A stretch of 43,881 nucleotides of DNA from Vermamoeba vermiformis (lineage: Eukaryota): the NCBI GenBank assembly GCA_045837725.1, contig JBEWZL010000165.1, forward strand, positions 1 to 43,881, in the 5' to 3' direction. Below are positions 1-10,442 of the stretch, one piece after another; position 1 is the first letter of the stretch, and the number at the start of each line of letters is the position of its first letter. The notes below the pieces were generated by a model. The model was not told the origin of the DNA, ran no database searches, and worked only from the letters and a program-made list of their open reading frames with translations. The position numbers were made by a program, and so were the translations under genes.

Positions 1-545
1 ACGTTTAATATTATATCGTAGAAAAATATACAGGGATTATGGCAGTGTTTAACAACAACCAAGGCAGATCGAGTTTTGTGTTAGTTTTGATTTAAACAAT
101 CGGGCAATTAATTAGCATTAATCGAGAAATAATATGTAAGTGCTTATTTTCAGGATTTTATAAATATTTTGTAACTTATTTTCGAGATACGAAACTCTGA
201 TATTTTGTACGTGCACTTACCCTTCAATACAGAGCTGCTGGGTGCAAAGCCGTAATTTGGTGCATATACATACAATAAGAATGTTCTGAGTACCGATCGA
301 AAGTTCACTAAAAGCGCGCCAAAGCTCTAGATGTGGTCAATCAAAAAAGGCTAAATAGGCTCTATTACTTGGATTTAAATACTGTCCATATTACTTTCAC
401 GAGCGTTTAAAGTACTCAGGCTGGCAATTTTATGGAAGCAAGGACAAGCCACGACTAAAAACTTGGAGATCTAACAATTTTGGTGTCACAAGTTGGAATG
501 GCGTGCCGATGATTAATTTACTATTTTATAATTAACCATAGACAG

Positions 546-3500
546 ATGAACAATACGGCTATTATAGTAATTTTATTGTTGTCGCTAAATATTGTAGCGA
601 CTTTCTCGCAAGATCTGCCGTTGATTCCACGATGTAAGTCAGATTTCATCTTATGCAGATTTATCTAACTAAAATATACTATAGTATTTATTTATCGTAT
701 TATTCTCAGAAAAATAGAGAAATTAAGAATATTTTTTTCAGCATCAATTTTAACCGACATTTTTGAATAGATGCAAGGAAAAGGATCGCTACCTCAATTA
801 TAGATGATATTCCAGTGCTTGTCAACGACCAGTTTATATGCTACATTAGCGCGCCAACATTGAACCAAATCAGTTACTCCATCTACAAGTTTAGCAACAC
901 TACGCTCGGTGACCTTTACAAAAACCAAACTATAACCGTGTCTGGAACAATCTCCAAAGGTAATAATAGTAGCTTCTTATTATTAACTTAAAATTAAATT
1001 AAATCGGCGGAGATCCGAATCCGGTGGCAAAGTTAAACAATTTCAAAAGTCTTGAGAACATTCCTAATCATATTAAATTTAGTATTGGCAAATTTCGCTG
1101 GGCAGACGAACGAAATTATCCATATATTCGTGCAACTACAAGGGTCTTACGGCGATTTTTATGCCATCCTGACGGATGTAGACAACAACTCGCCTGCTTA
1201 TTATGGATTTCCAAACTCGCCTGCGCTACCATATACTATTATATCTAGTTGCACTGCCTATTCTTTCGCAGATCAGGCGAGCGCTATTGCTATCGAAATG
1301 AACGATCAATTTAAAGTAATTCTCGTTGGTAAGCTTATTAAATTATTTATTTTATTAAATTATTCATAATTATGATTATATTATTAGATTTTAGGCAAGC
1401 TCAGGCTAAAACGATTGCCAGCATCCCACGTAAGTTTTTCATTTTGGATGTCGGCATGGAAAGGCTAATTATAGTTTTGTACGATATATAGTTGGTGGCA
1501 ATAATGTTACTAAAGGTCGAATAGCGCATTTTCCTCCAAATTCACGGTCTGGATTAATATCCGTTGGATTTTTAACCAGCAACAACACTTTTTTTTCGTT
1601 TGACATTCGATCCGATTACTCAATTGGAACCTCCCAAACCGTCGCTGATGGTCGATTTGCTTATGATCTTGCATATGATGGTAATTAATTTTAATGCGTT
1701 TTACATTGAAGTAGTTAATATTAAAAATTATATTATTTTAGATCAAAGCGATCTCATGATATATGGAGCTTATGGTGCAAATGGATTATCAGTTCAATCG
1801 AGGATCTACGATAGCAGTGAGCTGTTCTATGATATCAATATTATAGACGGAGATCCACTATCATTTGAACCAGATCTGTTCAACATTCTCTTGCGGCCAC
1901 AGATTAGAGACATCGATTATGGATCTATTTTCTTATCATTGCCAAAAAACAGCACGCATTTTGTTCTATGGAAGTTTTCTGGCAACGAACACGCTCCTGC
2001 ATATTACTACGAGAAACCGGATCTGCAAATTTTGAAGTACGTTTCCATTGCACCAATTCACCCGACAAGTTTTGTGGTGTATTACACGGATTCGTTAGCT
2101 ACTATAGCGGATTACTACGTCTTCGATGTGTGTGGTGATGCATTCATTACTGGATCTGAACAATGCGTGCCTGGCAACATCGGTTGTCTGAGCAATTGCA
2201 CGTGTTCTGTGGACGATGGATACAGACCATTTGATGTCCCTCAAGCAAATTGCGCTCCAGGTAGGCGGCTATAACGCTATCATATCCATGTCTAACCTAT
2301 ATTATAGTATGTAACGATGGTATATTGGGCGAAAATGAGTGCTACGATGGAGTCGGCTGTTCAAACGCAACTTGCACTTGTATGGAAGGCTATCAATTAG
2401 GTATTTATTTGCACATATATATATATTGCTACCATCATACGTGTTATATAATTGTCATTATTTAATTTTTACCAAAAATTTTTTTTTGCAGGAGCGGATC
2501 ACATTTGCGTGCAATTAGAAGTAATTACACCAATGTCGGTATCTCCGCTGTTCATTGAAAACTCGCCGTCTAGTGGCCTCGTTGACGGAACAACTCCGCC
2601 CATCGACGTCATTGTGCCAGCAATTGTTGTGCCGGTCGTGGTTTTGATGGGTCTCGGAGTGTTTTTAATCATCTTTTTCATGCGGCGACAAAAGAAAAAA
2701 CACACGATTGCCTCGATTAATATGGAAAATATATCCAAATACGCCTCATTAGAAGACCGAATGAGCGTACCTTACAAACAACTCAAGTTCATTAAGGAGA
2801 TCGGATCTGGTGGATTTGGCAAAGTTTACATTGGAGGTCTGTATAACTAATTATCATATCAATATAGTGGTTATTAATTAGTATATGCATTTAGAATGGC
2901 AAAAAACTAAAGTGGCACTTAAGGTCAATACAGCGGGTCAGATCGACGATTTTTTGACCGAGGCACGCTTGATGATGTAAGTCTCTATTATTCGATGCTA
3001 CCATATTAATATGATATATTAGCAATATGCGACCACATCCTAATATTGTGCAAATATTGGGAGTGTCAGTTGACGGACCACATCTGGTGATGATTATCGA
3101 GTACTGCGATGGAGGCAAGAAATTTCGATTTGTTCAGCATATCTAGATATTAATAGTTGGTACATAGGTAGTCTAGATAAGCTCCTCTTCGATACTAACG
3201 CGCCGATCTCTCACGAGCAACAATTTCAATACGCATCTGCTATTGCTCAAGGCATGCTGCATCTGCATGCAAACGGATTGATTCATCGTGATTTAGCTGC
3301 TAGAAATATATTAGTAAGTACTTTAATGTATTAAACAATATTTTAACGTTTTTTTAGCTAAACAAAGGCGTGCCTAAGATTTCTGACTTTGGCATGTCGC
3401 GGATGTTGCAAGAAGTCAAACAAGCGACCACAAAGACAAATGTAGGACCAGTAAGATGGATGGTACGAACATATATTATCAATATTTTCATATCTAATCA

Positions 3501-3920
3501 ATTTTTATAGTCACCTGAATCGTTGAAACAAAACAGTTATAGCAAGCCATCGGATGTGTGGTCTTTTGGCATAGTTTTGTACGAAATAACTGCAAGACAA
3601 GAGCCACATGCTAACGGAGATATATTCGATGTTGTTCCTAAAATTAGGTACGTTCAAAAAACGTTTTTTAAGAATGCCAGGGCCCATCCGGATCGAAAAT
3701 TCTTTGGATGAGATCCCGTTTAAAATTGTGCTATAGAACTAATATGGTATCATTAAGGGATCACGGATTGACGCCGGAAATAGCTCCGAACACTGACAGC
3801 TTTTTGGTTGAGTTAATGAAACAATGTTGGAACCTCGATCCTGAAGCTAGGCCCGCTTTTGAAGTTATCTGCGACAACATTGACGCCGAGATGTCTAAAT
3901 ACGGTTATAATCATATTTAA
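546..3920 (+). CDS. Single-pass receptor protein kinase, tyrosine kinase/TKL group (multi-exon)
   Basis: ATG at 546 gives a signal peptide (MNNTAIIVILLLSLNIVATFS). Ectodomain ends in Cys-rich repeats (CGDAFITGSEQC..., CNDGILGENEC...). TM segment VIVPAIVVPVVVLMGLGVFLIIFF followed by RRQKKK. Kinase motifs across exons: IGSGGFGKVY, VALK, HPNIVQILG, IHRDLAARNIL, KISDFGMSR, GPVRWMSPE, SDVWSFGIVLYEI, CWNLDPEARP. 5' exon boundaries approximate. Confidence 0.9.
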
Positions 3921-4325
3921 TTAACATATATAAATCAGAACGTTACTCGTCCAGCCGCGTTTTTGAAGCAGATGTAGCATCACCCATTAATGAGAGCTTC
4001 ATTATGTTGTCAAATATGATTATGATTATGTAAGTTATATTTAAACTTATATAGTGTTGCAATAGCTTGATATTAACTTCCGGTCTCGTTGAAGATTGAT
4101 CAGCAGGAAGATTTGTGCACCTTTATTTGATTTAGTTATCGATAATAAGACGAAAAAGTTCATAGAATATATTGTGACTGTTATACGTTCAAAAAAGTGC
4201 AGAATTCGTTGAATAGTTTCCTTTTTTAGACCAAGCAATGGTTCAGTGAACGGCTAAAGTGAAATCTTTAAAAATCAAATTTTAAATCTTTTTTTTACAT
4301 CAATAACACAACAGCATAAGCAACA

Positions 4326-5791
4326 ATGGACGCACTTCTTAAAATTAACGCAGCTGATCTTGCCGGCAAATCCGAAGACGATTTAAGAAAGGCTTTGCAA
4401 AAGCTTAGCGAGCTCAAAGTGACCGTAGAACAGCTCCTAAAATCGCCCAAAAATACGAACAGCTCTCCTGCATTCAAAGAAGCCATGAAGAAGCTCCAAT
4501 TGCAAACGATCCCCGAAAAAACATCCGAACTTCGAGCGGAAACTGGCACTGAAATAGAATACGAACTCAATTGGAGCACCTTCCCTAGTGAGAAAGAATT
4601 AGGCCTGGTCGAATACAACGCTTTGCACCGCATCAATGCCGCTTTTAGAGGTTTATGCGTTGATCCCGTTTCCAAACGTGAGCTTGCTGCTGTAAAGAAG
4701 ATTATCGTCTCTTGCGTTGCATCAGCTGATAAGAGATCGTTATCATTTGTTGATGGCGTGCTCAGAGTCAATATCTGCTTCGCATCTGCCTACAACGATT
4801 CCGAAATCTCCAAGTTTTTGATCGAAGTCAGTCTATCGCCTTTATAATAATTTTAACGATATTCTAACAATAATTTTACTATAGTTATTGCATATTGCAG
4901 AGAAAAAGCTGCTTCATCAGCTTAAAAATGAAAATATTCCTCAACGCACCAAAGAACTCAACGAAATTTTCGGTAATAAGACGAAGATGACTATTGAAGT
5001 CGATATCGATAGCTTGCATATGAACAAGACTGCTTTGACCTTCGTTGACAACACTGGTATTTTCCGAGCTGTTTGTGGTGTTCGAGGTGCATCCGCTCGC
5101 AGTCAGGTAAAATCAGTTATTTCCTTATTTAGAAACATATGTTTCAGCACGTATTAATGCTTCATATAAATCTAGGTCGCGAAAGAAGCCTTAGAACAGA
5201 CTTTAAAAAAGATTGTCATTAAAGGCGTGGATTCGTTCGGTGAAAAGCAGATGTTGCTCGAGAACGGCGTTTTGACCGTCAAAAGCTGCTTTAGTTTGAT
5301 GGAAGTGAACGCTATGGACCGAAAATACTTCGAAAACGTAGAGATTGAACAATTCTTGATGGATGTAAGTTGGATTTAGTTTCGGATGCGACAAATTTTT
5401 TATTCTAATGCGCTTTTCTTAGAATTTGAAATTAGAAGAGGCTCAAATGTTAAAAGAATTGAAAGAAAAGACCATTCCTGAACGAGAAAAAGAACTTCGA
5501 GAAGAATTCAAATTGCAAGCCAAATACGAAGTCGATTGGAATTCTTTTTCTACGAAACAAGAGCTCAATTATTACGACAATATGACTGGTCATCGTATCA
5601 ATATGGCATTAAGATGCAATCCGACTCCAAATCTCAAACTGATCAAGATCAAAAACGTGAAAAGTCCGAACCAAAAGTTGTGTTCGTACAAAAACGGTGT
5701 TTTGGAATTACATTGTGATTTCGAGAACGGACTTAGCGGCTGTTTCGGTGATTCGGAGATTGGCAAAGCATTGAAGAACCCTCAAGCTTAG
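4326..5791 (+). CDS. Hypothetical protein with three tandem ~125-aa repeats (4 exons)
   Basis: ORFs 4326-4847, 4888-5157, an exon at ~5176-5364 and 5426-5791 join through GT-AG introns. Each repeat has IP(E/Q)(R/K)xxEL...E(V/L)(D/N)(W/I)x(S/T)(F/L)...R...(KK/KL)Ix(I/V)...(D/N)GVL...EIxx(F/A)L. AATAAA follows at ~5854. Confidence 0.85.
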
Positions 5792-6262
5792 AACGGTCTC
5801 TACAGTTTCAGATCCGAAACTGATCTCGCTTAGACACTGTCCGTTATGTAAATAATAAAGCTTACTTTTTCAATTCAATTTTCTGTCTTAACAGTATTAG
5901 TATTGATAGGTAAAAGGTTACATCGCCTGCGTTCTGTACCGGCACCGGTGTCGGAGACGCTCTTCAGTTGCAGTTTCAAGGTGCTGCATCGCAAGCCGCT
6001 ACACAAATTTGTTCTACCTATTCATACTACGTTGTACCTGACTATAGACTACACCATTTGATAGAACTTTGACCACCGTTCAGTCTTAAAGTTCGCTCCA
6101 AGAGTATATGGTCCCAGTTTCCAGTCTTTGTCTTCGTCAATCAAACTGTTACTGAGATTCATTCGTGTAGGATGATCGTTTGAAAAGGCATTCGCGTTTT
6201 CGATTTTAACGAAAATTTGGGACCGGGTAATTTCACTTGTTTATTTATTTATTTCGCGCACG

Positions 6263-7726
6263 ATGACCTCGCCTGCATGTCCTGCGAGTCCTATTAATTT
6301 TATTAATCCATGCACTAGCCATTCATTCGACCAATTTGAAGGCACTCCTGAACGCGAACAAGCAGCTGCAGCTTTTTCGTGGATCGTGATCGCTGTATTT
6401 TTTCTATTAAATATTACTTACACGTGCCTTATTAATCCCTCGAATTCTGGCATATTCAAATATTTAATTAAATATTTGAAAAAATTGGATGTGGGCGATA
6501 GTGGAGTTGATACAGTCAAACAGAACGACGTCAAATTCGTTGTACAGCGTCCTAAAAGTGCAGAAGGAGGAGTAGCAGTATTAATTATAGTAATGGCAAT
6601 CGCAGTACTCGTTGGCTATGTGATCACATCTGAACTCGACATCCCAGCCACAGTTCAGCACCAAAGAAAATATCAGTTGCCACGATCAACAAGTTTATTA
6701 TCGACAGATTATACATTAGACAGCGCGAGATTCCGCGTAGCTGAACGAGGCATGCACAGAGCAGATTTAGTACTTTTCGATCAGTTATACCAAAACAACA
6801 GCTTTTACATCGTAAATGGCGATTCAAAATGCAATTTAATAGCTGAACAGTGCAATGCCAATATCCAAGTTCAATTCAAGCAATTTTCGGTGGATTTTTG
6901 GAAACTGTCAAATCCGATCGTAACTTTTTGCAGCACAAAACCAATTGATTTGCAATATGTCCCCTTTGCTATACGTACTGGTATATTGCCGGAGGACGAT
7001 AACGATGTCAATTTGCCTTCACTCACATTTGGCGAACGAATTTCAAGTTACGCGGCTACATTTTCAAACAACACCGCGCCAGCAGTTAAAATCACCTTAA
7101 CAGCCACCACAAGCATTGATATATCATTATTTACTAAATTCAAAGTGAATAGTATTGGAATTCAGAAAGTTCGAGTGGATGAAGTCGTGGAATCAAAATT
7201 TGTTGCTACATCCGGATGCGACAATCCAATTCTTCAGTTCCAAGTGGTTCCAAGCCAGTGGATAGTTGTTGGAATATTTTATAATGGTGTATCAACGATA
7301 TTAATATCAGTTTTTGGCGCTATCGGAACAGTTCTTGGTGCCAGATCGGTCATGAAACAAGTTATTCAATGGATCTCAAACAGTTATCAAAATTCGCCGA
7401 AAAGACGAGCAGCATTAGATATTACTGCGTATATTCTTCAAACTTTCGTCGCATTTATAGCATTAATAGGGTTCTTTTTCCTTATTTTTGTATGGAAACT
7501 TGCCGACGATCTGAAACTTTTTACGCCAGTGTTATTAGCCTTAATGGTCATTATTATGATCGTCAATCTCAACGCACTTATATGTTGGCTAGTAACAACA
7601 ATTTTCTTCTGTCGAAGACGGCCTTGTTGCTGTTGTTCGAGAAGAAAAGGTGCAGCGGATAATGATGCGCCAAGCCGTGTAAATTACCAAGTAATTCCCG
7701 AAGACGAGTTTAATGAAACTGAATAA
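6263..7726 (+). CDS. Intronless multipass membrane protein of unknown function (487 aa)
   Basis: Uninterrupted ORF. Hydrophobic segments at ~aa 36-57, 103-122, 333-360, 388-412 and 420-448, a large loop between the second and third, and a Cys cluster (CRRRPCCCCSRRK) after the last. AATAAA overlaps the stop. Confidence 0.8.
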   Translation: MTSPACPASPINFINPCTSHSFDQFEGTPEREQAAAAFSWIVIAVFFLLNITYTCLINPSNSGIFKYLIKYLKKLDVGDSGVDTVKQNDVKFVVQRPKSAEGGVAVLIIVMAIAVLVGYVITSELDIPATVQHQRKYQLPRSTSLLSTDYTLDSARFRVAERGMHRADLVLFDQLYQNNSFYIVNGDSKCNLIAEQCNANIQVQFKQFSVDFWKLSNPIVTFCSTKPIDLQYVPFAIRTGILPEDDNDVNLPSLTFGERISSYAATFSNNTAPAVKITLTATTSIDISLFTKFKVNSIGIQKVRVDEVVESKFVATSGCDNPILQFQVVPSQWIVVGIFYNGVSTILISVFGAIGTVLGARSVMKQVIQWISNSYQNSPKRRAALDITAYILQTFVAFIALIGFFFLIFVWKLADDLKLFTPVLLALMVIIMIVNLNALICWLVTTIFFCRRRPCCCCSRRKGAADNDAPSRVNYQVIPEDEFNETE

Positions 7727-7825
7727 TAAATAAAATACGTCTTATACTTCGCCACTTCGCATACCTTTCTAAGTCCCAAAAAGGCAAATCCGTTACAAAA
7801 TTTTCTGGAAACGTTATCGGGCTTT

Positions 7826-10258
7826 TTACTTCTTTTTTGGTGCTTGCTTGTTTTCTACTACATCGATGTACTTAGAAGGAATCTTATATTGCGTTTCAAG
7901 CAGCTCGGCAATAGAATCTTGCAGATCCTTGCCTTGAACGAGGACTTCCATCGCATTGTTATCTGAATTAATTAATTAAATCTCGATATATTGCGTAAAA
8001 ATGTAATATTTATACCTTTTCCAGGAAGTTTAGCCGTTGTAGAACTGACTGCAAACTTTTTCGAACAGGCTTTGGCGACCTCTTTTGGATCGAGTCCGAA
8101 GTGTTCTAAACCACTCACATGAGCCACTACGTGTCGTCCTCGTCTATCCTCGGTGATTACAACACTCTTTACTGTTCCTTTTCTAAAGCAAATTTCATTA
8201 GTTTGAGCAAAAGGTACCGGATCTGATCAACTCACCTCATCTCTCGAATTCCGTGCACAATAATCTCATAATAGGGAACGAGCTTATTCTTAAATCTATA
8301 TGAATTGTTAGTATTTTATAAAATATAATTCGGCGCTTACGTTAATGCGAGTTGCTTCTTTTCCATTTTTGGCATGTCAGCGGATCCAATGTTAATCTCT
8401 TGCTTCTGATTCTTGCTGAGCATCGTTAATAAGTTCGTATCCAACGAAACAAATCTCGCGTTGCCTTCTACATTAAGATTCTTAGCGGCAACATAGTCCC
8501 ACAGAACTTTGTTGCAATCTGTAAGTGACCGGAATTCCTTACTAAAAGTGGCAACAGTGGTCAGAACAGGATTACCAAATAAGGAAATTACGTACTATTC
8601 GTTTCCCTCTGTTAAAAACGACAGGTCTTTAGGGATTTGATAGAATTCTTTAATTGCCAAGTTCTCATCGTCTTCGTCTTCATCGTCGTTTTGCTCGTCT
8701 TTCGCGCCTTCAGCGGTGGCCTCGATAGCCATAGTTCTGAACTTTGCAATCCTAGAATAACAGTTAGTGCCTTATACTACTGTTATTCATCCTATTAAAG
8801 CCTACCATTCATTGTCTCTTATTACTTCAGTTATCATAATCACACCTTGTTGTTGCGATTGAATTTTAATGACACCTTTTTCGACCATTGCGTCAAGAAG
8901 ACCACGCAACTAAAACAATGATAGGATTAATAAAATAATAGTAGGTACCGGTTATACTTATAATATGACTTACTTGCTTATAAGAACTCTTTTTGATATC
9001 GATCTCGGTGCCTGCAGGTCGCGAGGGCAAAAGGTACTTGGAGTAGAATGTGCTTGCCAAAATAGGCAATTCCTTGTCTTTTAGTCGCCGTTTGATAGCT
9101 TGGAAGAACGATTTTTCGATAAGTTCGTCCATATTAACTTCAGGCTTGGCAGGCACATTGTTGTTATTATTGTTCGATGGCTCAGCTGTTCCTTCACTAG
9201 TCACATTTGTATTGTTATTCTCGCCTCCTTCTTCAACTGGTTTTTCACCCTCAGCGCCTTCTTTATTCTCCGCGTCTCCTTCAGTTTCTCCGTCTTTTTG
9301 CACTCCTTCAGGAGTTTCCTCAACTTGCGCTACACGAAGAAAATTAACAAATTGGTTAAGTCACGGTAAAACGTACTTAAGTCAAGCTCTTCTTCAGGTT
9401 TTTCAGCTGGCGGTGGCAAATGCTCTTTGCTGCCAATTTTCCACAAGTTGTCAGGATACGAATGCAAAACTTTCAATGCACGACCAGTCATGCCGTTTTG
9501 CTTAATTGAATTTTTGCTGCATTGAGTCAAACCAATAGCGTAAGGCTTACTAAATAAATTAATCCAATTAATAATTGTGAAATTATTAACGAAAAATTAA
9601 TGTCCGACAGATATAGCGAACTTACGGATAGCCAGGGAACGATATAGTAAATAAATCTCCTTCCTTAAAGTCGGGGTAATTATCAGGATTGCCGTCTGGA
9701 GGAATAACACCAGGAAGCATCAGATCTGCACCGCCTGAAATGTAGCGGAAGACAGCTGTCGGAGTAACAAATGTCGGAAGGAATGCGTCGAGCTTCCAAA
9801 GAGTGTAAACTAAATAATAATGATTTTAAGTAATAATTAACGAATGAATAGGATTATAGTCGCATAGTGACAGATCCAAAAAAAAAAAATGAATTTTCAA
9901 AATATTTAATAATGCATTGTTTGCCAAATTAATTACTAAAATTCAAATACGGTAGATCTTAATGATAAAACAATTAACATTAATTATGAGGAGCGCAGAT
10001 CAAATTACCTGTTGGAATAAATTGCTTTTCTCGTCCATCAATATCAAAAAATATAGGATCCTTCTCTAGGCAGTAAACAACTGTTCTTGATTCGCCTCCG
10101 ACTTTAATCGTCGTAATTTGTCCTTTTTGTGGGATGATCAGATCGAGTTGTTCTTTCGTGATCTTGGGAAATTGCTCTGCAATCTTTTCTTTTAGCCTCC
10201 TCTTATCGGAAGTCTTAATTAAATTCTGTTTTTGAGGTTTCCAAGGTTTTTTCCACAT
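7826..10258 (-). CDS. EIF2D: Eukaryotic translation initiation factor 2D (ligatin; PUA, SWIB-like and SUI1 domains), multi-exon
   Basis: N-terminus MWKKPWKPQKQNLIKTSDKRRLKEKI; PUA-region GGADLMLPGV and GMTGRALKVLHSYPDNLW; LPILASTFYSKYLLPSRPAGTEIDIKKSSYKQ; C-terminal SUI1 region (HVVAHVSGLEHFGLDP...KKFAVSST...EVLVQG...YKIPSKYI). Stop at 7826-7828. Confidence 0.93.
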
Positions 10259-10442
10259 TGAGTTGTTGTCTTCTGTTCTGGATCGCAAAATAAAAGTCAC
10301 GAAAGTTTTCGTGTATGTAAAGCTCTTTACTATAACAATAAAATGAATGCTAATAATGTTGCGTCCAAAGCAGCATCACAAGCAAATGAAAATTACAAAC
10401 AAAAGGAAAGATCCAAGTCGCGCAAAGATCCGGATCGAGATC

